This document shows positions 18,524 through 29,010 of a stretch of 64,000 nucleotides of DNA, piece after piece. The notes under the pieces were generated by a model. The model did no database searches. It saw only the letters and a program-made list of their open reading frames with translations, and was not told the origin of the DNA. A program made the position numbers and the translations under genes. Numbering within the stretch: position 1 is the first letter of the stretch; each line of letters starts with the position of its first letter. This stretch comes from a virus, in IMG/VR virus record IMGVR_UViG_3300020045_005677, positions 1-64,000 of that record. One strand, 5' to 3'.

Positions 18524-18877
18524 ATGTCTACACCAGAGAGTATAAAACCAGAAGAAGATATGTCTGGATATTTTACAATAGAAACATTAAGAGAATCATA
18601 TCCATCTAATTTAGGTGTTGTTGATGCATTTAAAATTTTTGCCAACCAGAGGAAAGTTAGACCATCTAAGATATTTACTGTTAAGAGAAGAATTAATGCA
18701 GTAGAAGGAAATGTTAGTAGAAAGATAGCTGGATATAGACCTAGTAGAATAATTAAAGAGATAGAGGATTATTTATCAGCTGGCAACTATAGAGTGGGTG
18801 TAGAAAGAAGACTTTATTTAGGATATATACTAAAATCAGTAAGGGAGTTTAAAGAATGTCAACTAGAAAAGAAATAG
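18524..18877 (+). CDS. hypothetical early protein (117 aa)
   Basis: AAGGA RBS after the promoter motif. Confidence 0.7.
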   Translation: MSTPESIKPEEDMSGYFTIETLRESYPSNLGVVDAFKIFANQRKVRPSKIFTVKRRINAVEGNVSRKIAGYRPSRIIKEIEDYLSAGNYRVGVERRLYLGYILKSVREFKECQLEKK

Positions 18878-19119
18878 AAAATAGAAAAACCAGAAAGAGA
18901 ACTAAAACATTAGTACAAGAATATCCTACTAAAATAGTAGATATTAAAATAGATGGAGAAATGAATGAAGAGTCATTTATAGAAGACATAAGCATGAATA
19001 GTAAACGACTAGATGAATTAGTATGTTCTGGACTATATAATGTTTCTTATTCTGGTAGCACTGGTAAAGTTACATTATACTTAAAAGATAAAACAAATCT
19101 AGGAGATTTAGATGGGTAG
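18856..19119 (+). CDS. hypothetical protein, paralog of the next gene
   Basis: Shares L..L..S......YSG....+T++LKD..N..DL with 19112-19321. Confidence 0.65.
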   Translation: MSTRKEIENRKTRKRTKTLVQEYPTKIVDIKIDGEMNEESFIEDISMNSKRLDELVCSGLYNVSYSGSTGKVTLYLKDKTNLGDLDG

Positions 19120-19321
19120 AAGAAATATAGATATTATATCTACTAATAGTGATTACAACTTTTCATCATTAACATCAGGAGTAACTGTTAGCAGTAGTGC
19201 TTTAAATAAATTGTATGTATCTAATATGGTAAAAAAGATTAAGTATTCTGGTACTGATGATTCTATTACTGTATTCTTAAAAGATGAAATTAATTACGAG
19301 GATTTAAAATGGGAACAGTAG
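19112..19321 (+). CDS. hypothetical protein, paralog of the previous gene
   Basis: See previous; overlapping start and stop codons. Confidence 0.65.
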   Translation: MGRRNIDIISTNSDYNFSSLTSGVTVSSSALNKLYVSNMVKKIKYSGTDDSITVFLKDEINYEDLKWEQ

Positions 19322-20886
19322 ATAATAAAAAGAAAAAGTTAAATGCTGTAATCTATACAGATGGTAGTGCTGCACCAACTAACCCTGGTCCTGCTGGTGC
19401 AGGAATACATGGATATATTTTTGACTGGAATCAGAAAGAATCTAAAACAGAATTTAAACCATCTAAATACTTAACACTAAATACTGGATATAAAGATAAT
19501 GAATCTGCTATTAATTATTTAGAAACAGCTGATGCTTATAGACAGATGATTAAAAAGATAATTAATGAAAAAAAAGAGCTAAGCAAAAAGCAAAAGTTTA
19601 CTACTCAATTTCAATCTTTTAATGTTAATCCTTTATTCTATATAGAAGGTTTTACAACTATGAAGCATGCTACTAACAATGTAGCTGAACTATCTGGTAT
19701 TATAGAAGTATTAGAATACTTAAATGCTAATCATGAAGATGTAAAATATATTACTATATATACAGATAGCAATTATGCTATTGTAATTGTTAGAGGTATT
19801 ATAGGTGGTCTATTAGGTGGCTACAAATATAGTCCTAACGCTAACAAAGATGTAGTAGAAGAATTAACTAGAGCTGTAAATAAAATTGTTAGTAGTGGTG
19901 TTAAACTAGATATGAGATGGGTAAAAGGACACTCTAATAATTTAGGTAATATTAAAGCTGACTTATTAGCTGATATAGGTAGAGAATATACTACTAGTGG
20001 CTTTGCTGTTAATATTAAAACATATACTCCTAAAGATTATTATTCTGGAGTAAAAATTAATAGTATTGTTTTAGATAATATAGACAAGATAGTAAATGCA
20101 AGTGTATTAGATAGATTAGATAGAGATAAAAGTATTACTTATGGAATTAAGCAAAAAGATTTAAATAGTAATGGTAAATTTGTTACTCCATCTTCTTATG
20201 TTGTTACTGGTACTAATCTAAAAGACAATAGTGATTTAGATAATATCATTAATGATTTAAACAAGATACCTACTACAAATGACAAAGAGTATTCTTGGAA
20301 AACAAAACATAACGACTGGACTAAGCACAAGTTTGAACAAGCTACAGAAGAAGGAACCATTATAATTAATATAAAAGATATTACATCCAATGAAGTATCT
20401 CCTTATATAGAAAAACATGGTATAGATAAAGTATGTAGTTATAAAAATAATAGATATAGATTTTTCGGGGAAGCTGATATTACATTAGCTAAAATATCTA
20501 ATGATAAATTAAGATTCAAAATGATTTATGATTTATACAGTATGTACAATGATTTGTTTGGTCCAGAGGATAGAAATAAATTAAAAGATATTGAAGTACT
20601 AGATATTACTGATTTTATATTAGAGAGATTAGACAAGAATGATAAAGATAAGAAGTCTATCTATAAACATCAAGAAGAAGTAAAGTATGAAAATAAAAAC
20701 ATATTGATGATGATAAGATTTGGAATTAATTTACCTGATAAAAATGTAATTAAAAAGTTAAAAGGTAAATTAGATAAGATTGAATTATATCTACTAAAAG
20801 ATAAATTTTACATAATGCTAACATTAAAAGATAAAGACTTTATACTATATAATAATCCAGTATCTACATACATGGTGAAAAAATAA
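19309..20886 (+). CDS. rnhA: ribonuclease HI with C-terminal extension (phiKZ gp155-like)
   Basis: IYTDGSA..NPGPAGAG, TNNVAEL, IYTDSNY, WVKGHS...GN..AD.LAD: complete RNase HI catalytic set. Confidence 0.9.
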   Translation: MGTVDNKKKKLNAVIYTDGSAAPTNPGPAGAGIHGYIFDWNQKESKTEFKPSKYLTLNTGYKDNESAINYLETADAYRQMIKKIINEKKELSKKQKFTTQFQSFNVNPLFYIEGFTTMKHATNNVAELSGIIEVLEYLNANHEDVKYITIYTDSNYAIVIVRGIIGGLLGGYKYSPNANKDVVEELTRAVNKIVSSGVKLDMRWVKGHSNNLGNIKADLLADIGREYTTSGFAVNIKTYTPKDYYSGVKINSIVLDNIDKIVNASVLDRLDRDKSITYGIKQKDLNSNGKFVTPSSYVVTGTNLKDNSDLDNIINDLNKIPTTNDKEYSWKTKHNDWTKHKFEQATEEGTIIINIKDITSNEVSPYIEKHGIDKVCSYKNNRYRFFGEADITLAKISNDKLRFKMIYDLYSMYNDLFGPEDRNKLKDIEVLDITDFILERLDKNDKDKKSIYKHQEEVKYENKNILMMIRFGINLPDKNVIKKLKGKLDKIELYLLKDKFYIMLTLKDKDFILYNNPVSTYMVKK

Positions 20887-20923
20887 ATAATACAGATGAG
20901 TACATTCACTCATCTGTATTATT
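20886..20923. terminator. bidirectional terminator-like palindrome
   Basis: AATAATACAGATGAGT-ACATTC-ACTCATCTGTATTATT between convergent genes. Confidence 0.7.
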
Positions 20924-21202
20924 ATCTTCTTTTTCTTTTATCTGCTTCCCATTATTTTTATTAGACTGATTTACAATAGCATAGCCATTCTTTGCATCAG
21001 CAAATACAACTCTATTAACAGGAGTCCAAAATAAAGTAAGCAATAATATTAAAATAATTACTGTCTTAGCAGTTTCTTTTGCGTCATACTCAGTATCAAA
21101 TATTGAATACTTTTCTTTCTTGTCGCTTACAAATATAATCTTTATTATATTAATATACAAGTTTGATGCTAGCTTAGCTAATATCCTAACGAAACCCTTC
21201 AT
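20906..21202 (-). CDS. small membrane protein (98 aa)
   Basis: Hydrophobic helix TVIILILLLTLFW. Confidence 0.6.
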   Translation of the reverse strand: MKGFVRILAKLASNLYINIIKIIFVSDKKEKYSIFDTEYDAKETAKTVIILILLLTLFWTPVNRVVFADAKNGYAIVNQSNKNNGKQIKEKEDNNTDE

Positions 21203-21268
21203 TGTGAACCCTTTGACCCTAGCTGTATCGCTAGTTTGAAAATAAAATCATTTAATATAGGAAAAAAA

Positions 21269-21874
21269 ATGAATATAATAACAGGGAACAAAGGAAAGCT
21301 AACTTTTAAAGCTCCATTCGATAAATATAATAGTGATATAGAATGGTTGGTTGCTGGTGACAATACTATTCAGCATTACAATATGCTAGGAGTATCTGTA
21401 TTAGATTTAGTATATACAAAAGAAGGTCTAGCAGAAGCAGACTATAATACAGACTTATTAAATAATGTAAAGATTATTACATTAAGTAATGAAGCTCAAG
21501 AGATGTTAAATATACCATTTAATAGAATAGATTTAAGTGGTAGTCAAGCTAGCTATAGATATAGAGAAAATATATTAATGATTCCATTACCATCCTTTCC
21601 AGAAGATTATAGCTTTAGTGGTTTAATAGATGATATTAAAGCTGTAGTAAAAGAGAGAATAGCATTTGATGTAAATGTAGAGACTGTATCTTCTTCATCT
21701 ATTACATTAGTAACAGAAGAAGACCACACTCTATTTATGGGTAGATTAGAAACTGGTATCACTAATAGAAAAAACTATAAGACTAGATATCTAGAAGTAG
21801 TAAAGATACTAAATGAAAAAGAAACATTAATGTCTGAGCTAACAACATTGGCAGTACGAGAGTTAAATAACTGA
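21269..21874 (+). CDS. conserved phiKZ-like virion structural protein
   Basis: Start moved from TTG 21236 to ATG 21269 (TAGGA RBS); G.L.FKAPF..Y...Y...GL....Y..D....V.I.TL pattern seen in phiKZ-like structural proteins. Confidence 0.55.
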   Translation: MNIITGNKGKLTFKAPFDKYNSDIEWLVAGDNTIQHYNMLGVSVLDLVYTKEGLAEADYNTDLLNNVKIITLSNEAQEMLNIPFNRIDLSGSQASYRYRENILMIPLPSFPEDYSFSGLIDDIKAVVKERIAFDVNVETVSSSSITLVTEEDHTLFMGRLETGITNRKNYKTRYLEVVKILNEKETLMSELTTLAVRELNN

Positions 21875-21906
21875 TATACTATATAGGAAGTCCTATATAG
21901 TATATC
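21873..21906. terminator. bidirectional terminator-like palindrome
   Basis: GATATACTATATAGGA-AG-TCCTATATAGTATATC between convergent genes. Confidence 0.7.
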
Positions 21907-24335
21907 TATCTAATTATGACGTTTTTATTTACTTCTTTAGTTTTATCTAAAGATATATTTTTATTATCTAATACAATCGTATCAGAATCTAAGAACCTAT
22001 TGTATATACCACTAAAGTGTGATACTATAAAGATTTGAGAGAAAGTAGATAAAGATACATTGTCTAATGCTTCATAAGCTTTTACTTTATGTACATCATC
22101 CATATTACTACCAAACTCATCTAGAAACAATGGATAGTCTTCCATATTAGAATATTTCATTACCACTATTTTAAAAGCTAAATTAATTACTTCTTTCATA
22201 GATGTAGAAGTTAAACTAACATCTTCTGAATATCCTTCTTCTCCAGACCTAACTGGAAATTCATAAGTTAATAAATCTTTATCATTATTTTCAGTATTAG
22301 CTCCATTTTCTAATTCTAATCTATAACTCCAAATACTATTTATTACATAGTTAATATCCTCTATAAATACATTTATAAAACTATCTAAAGACTTAGCTAT
22401 TAATCCATAGTTAGGAGATAAAGCATCTATTGCTACATTTAGTATTCTACTCTTATTCTGCAATTCTAGAATATCCTTGCTGGTATTATTTATTTTATAT
22501 TCTAACATATCTGATTTATTTAAAGTATCTTCTAATATAAACTTCTCTTCTCTAAGATAAGATATAGTTTCATCTATAAAATCATTCTTTAATTTCTTAA
22601 TAGCATTGTCTCTATTTTTACTATTATTCTTAAGTATAAACTTATATCTATTATTTAGTTTTAATATACTAGATTTAATATCTCTATCTGATTTAAGATT
22701 TTCTAAATATACACTAGATTCCATTATCTTTTTATTAGCCATAGCTATGTCTATTTTAAGTTCTTCTATATTTACATTTAGATTATTTACATTTAAGTTA
22801 TTAGAGATATACTCTATTTCTTTATTTAGATTATTAATACTATTTGTAATAGATACATATTTTAACCATTTGGTATCTATAGTCAATATTAAGTCTTTAA
22901 TCTTATTGGCTATTATAATAGACTCAGAGTGAATATTATGTTCAGACATGAATTCACCAACTAAAGTCTTAATCAATGGCCTAGAGCCCAATTCTGATAC
23001 TATACTGTTAATCATATCTTGTTTATAATTGTATTTATTTTCTATTTCTAATATTTCATCAATTCTCTTTTCAGAATCATTTCTCTTTTTAACTAGCTTA
23101 TCAATTTTATTAGTTAACTCTTCTTCTAAAGAAATAGAATAATAAGGATTAAAAACATTATTACATTTATTACAAGTTACTTCTTCTAATTCTTTTTCTT
23201 TAGCTAAATTTAATCTAGTAATAGCCTCTGCTATTTCGTATGTATATGGTAATACATTGGATTCTAAATAATATCTCTCTTTATTTAGCTTATCATATTC
23301 TTCTATAGATATATCTATATTTACAGTAGAAATAGCATACAGTTTATCATATAGGAAATCTACTATGTTTAATAGTTGTTGATATATATTAACTAGATTA
23401 TCCTTATTAATATAATCAGGAATAATTTTAGATATATTATATAATTCGATTAGTAATATATCTTTCTCTTTTGTTTTAGTTAATAGATTATCTTCTGTTA
23501 GCTTAATGCTATCATTGGCCTTATCTAATAATCCTATATTATACTCTAGACTATTTCTTGTAAATTTAATATCATTATCTAATTCATTAATCTTGTAGTC
23601 TATTTCATCTAGAGGAATATCTGTTTTAATTCTATTTAATAACTTATCATTTATATTAAATAATTCTTCTAGATTATCTTCCTTAATATTATCTACTATA
23701 TTATTATCTTTATTTTCTAATAGTAAATATATTAAATCATTAATGTTTTTAAAGTCTTCTCTATATTTAATTTTTAATTCTTCATCTAGAGTATGACTTT
23801 TATCTTCTAATAGTTTATTAGCTAATATTTTAATAGAACCTTTAATATCTCTATCTCTAGATACTAATCTTTTAAAATAAGACATAGAGTAATTATAATC
23901 TATATTAGATAACTTAATTATCCAATTCTTTCTAATAGATAATGGCATAGATGTAAATGATGTAATACCTAAGAATAAATTGTGAAAGTCATTATCGTAG
24001 TTTAAGTGTTCTTTTACTAAAGATGTTTGTACTGTTCTAGTACCTGATTGATTTAACTCTATCCCATCTTCTTTAAAGCTACAAGTCTTATTATCTTGTA
24101 TTAATACATACTCTTTATTATTATGTTCTATATGTACTTCTTTATATCCAGCATTAGGAGCAAAATACTTTTTATCAAATACCAAGGGAGAGGTTTCTTT
24201 AATTAATGAAGATTTACCACTTCCATTAGTACCTAATATTATATTAGTTTTTTTATCTATTCTATAATCTATATATCTAATATTGTTTAGTAATAATCTA
24301 TTGTAATTTTTTAATATTATTCTAAGAATTTTCAT
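21906..24335 (-). CDS. sbcC: SbcC/Rad50-like SMC ATPase (phiKZ gp165-like)
   Basis: Walker A GTNGSGKSS, coiled coils with a central CxxC hook (CNKC), signature-like STSM, Walker B LFLDEFGSNMD, H-loop IVSH. Confidence 0.9.
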   Translation of the reverse strand: MKILRIILKNYNRLLLNNIRYIDYRIDKKTNIILGTNGSGKSSLIKETSPLVFDKKYFAPNAGYKEVHIEHNNKEYVLIQDNKTCSFKEDGIELNQSGTRTVQTSLVKEHLNYDNDFHNLFLGITSFTSMPLSIRKNWIIKLSNIDYNYSMSYFKRLVSRDRDIKGSIKILANKLLEDKSHTLDEELKIKYREDFKNINDLIYLLLENKDNNIVDNIKEDNLEELFNINDKLLNRIKTDIPLDEIDYKINELDNDIKFTRNSLEYNIGLLDKANDSIKLTEDNLLTKTKEKDILLIELYNISKIIPDYINKDNLVNIYQQLLNIVDFLYDKLYAISTVNIDISIEEYDKLNKERYYLESNVLPYTYEIAEAITRLNLAKEKELEEVTCNKCNNVFNPYYSISLEEELTNKIDKLVKKRNDSEKRIDEILEIENKYNYKQDMINSIVSELGSRPLIKTLVGEFMSEHNIHSESIIIANKIKDLILTIDTKWLKYVSITNSINNLNKEIEYISNNLNVNNLNVNIEELKIDIAMANKKIMESSVYLENLKSDRDIKSSILKLNNRYKFILKNNSKNRDNAIKKLKNDFIDETISYLREEKFILEDTLNKSDMLEYKINNTSKDILELQNKSRILNVAIDALSPNYGLIAKSLDSFINVFIEDINYVINSIWSYRLELENGANTENNDKDLLTYEFPVRSGEEGYSEDVSLTSTSMKEVINLAFKIVVMKYSNMEDYPLFLDEFGSNMDDVHKVKAYEALDNVSLSTFSQIFIVSHFSGIYNRFLDSDTIVLDNKNISLDKTKEVNKNVIIR

Positions 24336-24413
24336 ATCTCTTCTCCATATGTTTGATTATCAAGAAAACCTATATTTTCAGGTTTCTATTGAAATAAACT
24401 ATAGGAGTTAGCC

Positions 24414-25361
24414 ATGAGCCAAACTGGATTCCATATATATGCATATGGTGTAGTAACAGAAGATAAACCTGAAAATACCAATATAATTAAAGTACTATTA
24501 AAAGATATTACATATGGTGCAGAAGGTGATATGAATGAAAAGAAAGATATAGATATAAATACTAAAAACTCTGAAGGTATTCATAGGTCTGATAAGATAT
24601 CAATGGGTAAAACTATACCAGCTAGATGGATAGCAGGAAACAATAGAACATCAGCTCCGGATGTAAGAAAAGGGGAGACTGTAAAGATTTATAGATATGC
24701 TACTAATGATGATTATTATTGGGAAGATATGTTTGAAGAATCTGAATTAAGAGGATTAGAAACAGTAAGCTTTGCTATTAAGAATACTGAGGCTAAAGAA
24801 AAGATAAACAATACTAATAGTTATTACTTTACAATATCTACTAGAAACAAAGGAGTAACACTACACACATCTAATAATAATGGAGAACCAGTAAGTTATG
24901 ATTTAGATTTAGATACCAAGAAGGGAGTATTAACTATTATTGATAGTAGAAAGAATTATATTAAATTAGAATCTACTAAAGATAAGTTAACAGCCAATAT
25001 AATTAAAGAAGTAGATATAATTACTCAGACATTTAATGTACATTCTGAGTTTACAAATATAATAGCTACTAAGGAATTTACTTTAACTACTCCTAAAGCT
25101 ACTCTAAATACTAATGCCTTGGCATTAAATGCTGACAATGCTGATATGAATGCTAAAGTTTTAAAAATTAATAGTACTTCACATACTATTAATACTACGG
25201 CATACAAGATGACTAGTAATGCAGGAACTATGACATCTACTCCTAATGGATTAGACTTTAGTAAAATGTTAATAGCTCCAGACTTAAAAACAACTCAAGT
25301 ACCTACTTATAATGGTCATAGACATAATGAAACTCAAAGTGTAACTGAAATACCTTTTTAA
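24414..25361 (+). CDS. baseplate central spike / cell-puncturing protein (phiKZ gp164-like)
   Basis: N-terminal OB-like A.W...NNR..APDV..GE.V..Y; beta-helix repeats; C-terminal metal-binding HxH (GHRH). Confidence 0.8.
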   Translation: MSQTGFHIYAYGVVTEDKPENTNIIKVLLKDITYGAEGDMNEKKDIDINTKNSEGIHRSDKISMGKTIPARWIAGNNRTSAPDVRKGETVKIYRYATNDDYYWEDMFEESELRGLETVSFAIKNTEAKEKINNTNSYYFTISTRNKGVTLHTSNNNGEPVSYDLDLDTKKGVLTIIDSRKNYIKLESTKDKLTANIIKEVDIITQTFNVHSEFTNIIATKEFTLTTPKATLNTNALALNADNADMNAKVLKINSTSHTINTTAYKMTSNAGTMTSTPNGLDFSKMLIAPDLKTTQVPTYNGHRHNETQSVTEIPF

Positions 25362-25379
25362 AAATAGATGATAAAAATA

Positions 25380-25415
25380 TATATACTACATAGAAACTAA
25401 TCTATGTAGTATATA
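25380..25415. terminator. bidirectional terminator-like palindrome (TATACTACATA family)
   Basis: TATATACTACATAGA-AACTAA-TCTATGTAGTATATA. Confidence 0.7.
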
Positions 25416-25416
25416 A

Positions 25417-25842
25417 TTAATCACCAAGAAGTTTTGATATTACTAGCTTAAATAAATCCATCATGCTAGGAGGAGCTCCTACTGCTGATATACACTCATC
25501 ACTAATAGCTGCTAAATGAGTAACCAAGAATAGAACACATACAAATATAGACATAATAGCAACTAACCATTTCTTAATCTCTAAGTTTTTAACCTTACTT
25601 AAATACTCTAGGTCTGAACGTTTTCTTTTAGACATATTAGAATACTTTCTAGTTCTTTCTCTTTTAACAATATCTTCCACAATAGAATGTATAGAGTCTA
25701 CACTACTTTTACTTAAAGCTGTAGCTACAATTCTAATCTCATCATCCTTTTTATCTACATAATCAGCTGATGACATTCTGATTAAGCTATTTACTCCATC
25801 AATTACTAATAGAGCATTTGTTTCATCACTTGGTTTCCCCAT
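25417..25842 (-). CDS. membrane protein in the lysis cassette (holin/antiholin candidate)
   Basis: One clear TM (WLVAIMSIFVCVLFLV) plus an amphipathic C-terminus; coupled to the spanin genes. Confidence 0.45.
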   Translation of the reverse strand: MGKPSDETNALLVIDGVNSLIRMSSADYVDKKDDEIRIVATALSKSSVDSIHSIVEDIVKRERTRKYSNMSKRKRSDLEYLSKVKNLEIKKWLVAIMSIFVCVLFLVTHLAAISDECISAVGAPPSMMDLFKLVISKLLGD

Positions 25843-26176
25843 CTACTTTTCCTTCTCTTTCTTTTATATATCTAGCTAGTAATGCTTTCTTTTTATTTTC
25901 ATTTTTAAGAGTATTAATCAATCTTATTCCATATTGACCTAATTCTTTTTCTTTCTCTTTATAGTTCATTTTCAGATACTGTTCAGGAGAAATAGGTTTA
26001 GGAATAATAATAGGTTCAGTAAACTCTTTAGGAGGCAATACATATACAATTTCTTTTTCTTTTTGCACTACTACCTCGGCTTCTTTTCTAGCACATCCAG
26101 ATACCATTACTATAAATGATATTAACAGCAATGTTAATAATACATTATTTACTTTTTTGTGTGTTTGCTTGCTCAT
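25826..26176 (-). CDS. outer-membrane spanin (o-spanin, Rz1-like lipoprotein)
   Basis: Signal peptide with lipobox MVSG|C; Pro-rich VLPPKEFTEPIIIPKP; start overlaps the 3' end of the i-spanin gene. Confidence 0.7.
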   Translation of the reverse strand: MSKQTHKKVNNVLLTLLLISFIVMVSGCARKEAEVVVQKEKEIVYVLPPKEFTEPIIIPKPISPEQYLKMNYKEKEKELGQYGIRLINTLKNENKKKALLARYIKEREGKVDGETK

Positions 26177-26591
26177 CGTTATATGCCTCCCATATTGTAT
26201 TTATAATTATTTTAGATTTCTCTATATCTACTGGCTCTTCTATATATTTTATGGTGGTAGTATCTATACTAGATATAATATCTACTAATTCATTTTGTTT
26301 TACTCTAGCTTCAGCTTCTATCTTTTTAATCTCTTTAGATAGTTCTTCATTCTTAGCAGCAACTCTCTTAAACTCTTCAAAATCATTAGCCAACTTAGCA
26401 TTATTCTCAATACTATTTGCTAAATCTTTTTTAGTAGATATAGCCACAGCTAAATTATTATCATTAGCTTCTTGATTAAATATATCATTAACCTTACCTA
26501 TTCCATAAATAGCCAATAACATTATTAATACAATACCAAATATTATTAATGGTAATGTATTTCCTTTTAACATATCTTTTAAACCAAACAT
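26145..26591 (-). CDS. inner-membrane spanin (i-spanin, Rz-like)
   Basis: N-terminal TM followed by a periplasmic coiled coil; overlaps the lipoprotein gene. Confidence 0.7.
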   Translation of the reverse strand: MFGLKDMLKGNTLPLIIFGIVLIMLLAIYGIGKVNDIFNQEANDNNLAVAISTKKDLANSIENNAKLANDFEEFKRVAAKNEELSKEIKKIEAEARVKQNELVDIISSIDTTTIKYIEEPVDIEKSKIIINTIWEAYNDEQANTQKSK

Positions 26592-27130
26592 AACACTCCC
26601 TCTTTTCTTAAATTTATTAATAGAGTATAAGCAATAGCTATACTATCTACATTGTGTTCTGTTAATAAATCTATATCTACTAATTCTTTTATTTCTGGAT
26701 TATTAGATATAGCTATTAGCACTGGATTCTTATTTCCAATAGGATTAGCTCCTATTGTCTTTTTAATTATAGATGGTGGATATTCTATAATCATTGTGTC
26801 TCTATCATTTTCTAGTATAACATTAGTCATGATAGCTAACACATTAGCTAATGGTATTACAGCTCCTGGCATTCTAGGATTTATAAAACCTGACTCTACT
26901 GCTACTGCTATTGGATTAAAGGTATCTATAATATCCTCAAACTCTCTTCTCATTACTGTTAATCTACTATAAAGATGAGAAGTCTTATAGTTAGTAATAT
27001 TATATTTATTTAAAGATATAGGAATAGGGATAATATCAATTATCTCTAGAGTATCTATATCTACTTCCATTATAGCTACTCCTAGATTTCTACTACCTGG
27101 GTCTATACCCATAATATAAATAGGAGACAT
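26579..27130 (-). CDS. ruvC: Holliday junction resolvase RuvC
   Basis: IMGIDPGSRNLGVA, AVES, K..IG, EH..DSIAIA: RuvC acidic tetrad. Confidence 0.85.
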   Translation of the reverse strand: MSPIYIMGIDPGSRNLGVAIMEVDIDTLEIIDIIPIPISLNKYNITNYKTSHLYSRLTVMRREFEDIIDTFNPIAVAVESGFINPRMPGAVIPLANVLAIMTNVILENDRDTMIIEYPPSIIKKTIGANPIGNKNPVLIAISNNPEIKELVDIDLLTEHNVDSIAIAYTLLINLRKEGVLCLV

Positions 27131-27931
27131 CTATTTCAAGACCTCTGTTCCACCAATTTGAATATCTTTCATTAATATAGAACTAGAGAATAACATAGAC
27201 TCTAAATCATATTGTACAGTTTGAAAGAAAGCAGGTTGTACAGATAAAGCTTCTGTACCATTTACAGTAGTATAATCTACTCCTTGAAGTACTGCTAGCT
27301 CAGATATTATAGCAGGAGTATCAGCTCCATACTTTAAGGCTATAGCAGCTTTAAGATTAGCTAATTCTGTTAATGACAAATAAAAAGATATATTAGCTGT
27401 TACAGCGGTATAGCTATTTATATCTTCATTCATAAAGTCTGATTTTAATCTAGGAACAGGATTAAGTATTGATGTCTTATTGTAATCAAAAGGAACTAAT
27501 CTAGTAGTGATATCTCCAGTCTTAATTACTTCAAACATTTCAGGTTTAGATACATTATTAAAAGTCTTTAAGTAATACTCTACATATTCAACATTATTAA
27601 TAATAGTCTCTTTTCTTAATCTATAATTTTTTCTTTCAGCTACAGTTAAGTCTCTACTTTTTTCAATAATTAAAAAAGGTACAGGCATAAATAAGCTACC
27701 ATGTTCATGTTCGTGTTCGGATGTTTTCATTATGTCGTACAATACTTCATTTCCACCAATACCTACTCCTAAATATTTAAGAACAGGATACTTATCACCT
27801 ATAGATATATTTGGTAATATATCTAGTTTCTCATTCAGTGTAGTATTTGGTTCAGCTGAATACTCTATACCTAATCTTTGATGTAAAGTTACTAATCTAT
27901 ACCACGCTGTATTGCAAGCATTATTTACCAT
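27131..27931 (-). CDS. conserved phiKZ-like virion structural protein
   Basis: LKYLGVGIGG...H.......L....PF......DL...ER..YRLR.......Y..YYLK pattern of the phiKZ-like family. Confidence 0.6.
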   Translation of the reverse strand: MVNNACNTAWYRLVTLHQRLGIEYSAEPNTTLNEKLDILPNISIGDKYPVLKYLGVGIGGNEVLYDIMKTSEHEHEHGSLFMPVPFLIIEKSRDLTVAERKNYRLRKETIINNVEYVEYYLKTFNNVSKPEMFEVIKTGDITTRLVPFDYNKTSILNPVPRLKSDFMNEDINSYTAVTANISFYLSLTELANLKAAIALKYGADTPAIISELAVLQGVDYTTVNGTEALSVQPAFFQTVQYDLESMLFSSSILMKDIQIGGTEVLK

Positions 27932-27940
27932 ATCTTATCC

Positions 27941-28471
27941 TTAGTTTTCTGACCAAAAGTCATCTACATTTAACTCATCACTTTTACTAACTAAGCTAGT
28001 CTCTCCATGTACCATATCAGTTACATTTAATGCATCTGGTAGTTCTAGATTTCTTTGTACTAACTCTGGAGTCTCCATGGCTTCTTTACGTTGTGCTCTT
28101 CTTTGTTCAGATAGTAATGCTACTAAGTTTCCACCCAATTGACTATTAGTATCTTCAGTCTTCACTTTTAATCTCATGTTAGCAGTCTTGTGAGCTGAAT
28201 CTTCTTGAGAATTAATCAATTGTATCACTGCTTCTAAATCTTTACCTCTAGGTGTAACTATAGTAGAGTCAGCTATTATCTTTTCTCTTAATCTTCTAGA
28301 GCTTTCAATTATAGATTTTTCTGTAGAGTCATATCCAGAGTTATCTTTCTTTTCTTCTTTTATCTCTTCTTCTACAATTGTAACAGGTATTAATTCTACT
28401 CGTTTAGCAGTATTGGTTTCTGCTTCCTCAATCTTATCTAACATATCTTCTGTATTGTCCATTTCATCCAT
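27941..28471 (-). CDS. hypothetical acidic protein (176 aa)
   Basis: AAGGAG RBS; first gene of the - strand operon. Confidence 0.7.
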   Translation of the reverse strand: MDEMDNTEDMLDKIEEAETNTAKRVELIPVTIVEEEIKEEKKDNSGYDSTEKSIIESSRRLREKIIADSTIVTPRGKDLEAVIQLINSQEDSAHKTANMRLKVKTEDTNSQLGGNLVALLSEQRRAQRKEAMETPELVQRNLELPDALNVTDMVHGETSLVSKSDELNVDDFWSEN

Positions 28472-28556
28472 GGATGCTCCTTTTCTCAGCTAAAATCATA
28501 AAATTGTTTTAAACATTTATTTATGTGCTACAATACCATACACATAAGGAAAAAAT

Positions 28557-28988
28557 ATGAAATTTATTAATAGTATTATATATAAAATATTAAAAATATT
28601 TTCCAAAGATGAATTAGTAATATTAAGATATAATATAGAACATGTGGAACCAGATTTAAATAAAAACATATTAACTAAGTTTAAAAATATAATAGAGTTT
28701 AATATTTATTTAGCTAGTGTAGAAAGGTTTGTTAAAAGTAAAGATAGAATACATCTAGTAGCTATAGAAGAAAAGAATAATGAAGTATGGATATCATTAA
28801 GAGATTTCTTTAGTATAGAAGATAGATACATAGTAAACCATTTAAATATACATAAAGAAGTAATGAACAGAATATATAAAATAAAGAAAGGTCTAGAAGA
28901 AGTAGACAAACCTGATAAATTATATTATTCATTATTATCTCAACCACATATTATTAACATAGAGCGATATTTAAAATATATTCTCTAG
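28557..28988 (+). CDS. hypothetical protein (143 aa)
   Basis: AAGGA RBS. Confidence 0.7.
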   Translation: MKFINSIIYKILKIFSKDELVILRYNIEHVEPDLNKNILTKFKNIIEFNIYLASVERFVKSKDRIHLVAIEEKNNEVWISLRDFFSIEDRYIVNHLNIHKEVMNRIYKIKKGLEEVDKPDKLYYSLLSQPHIINIERYLKYIL

Positions 28989-29010
28989 TAAATTTATTAG
29001 ACGAGGTAAG

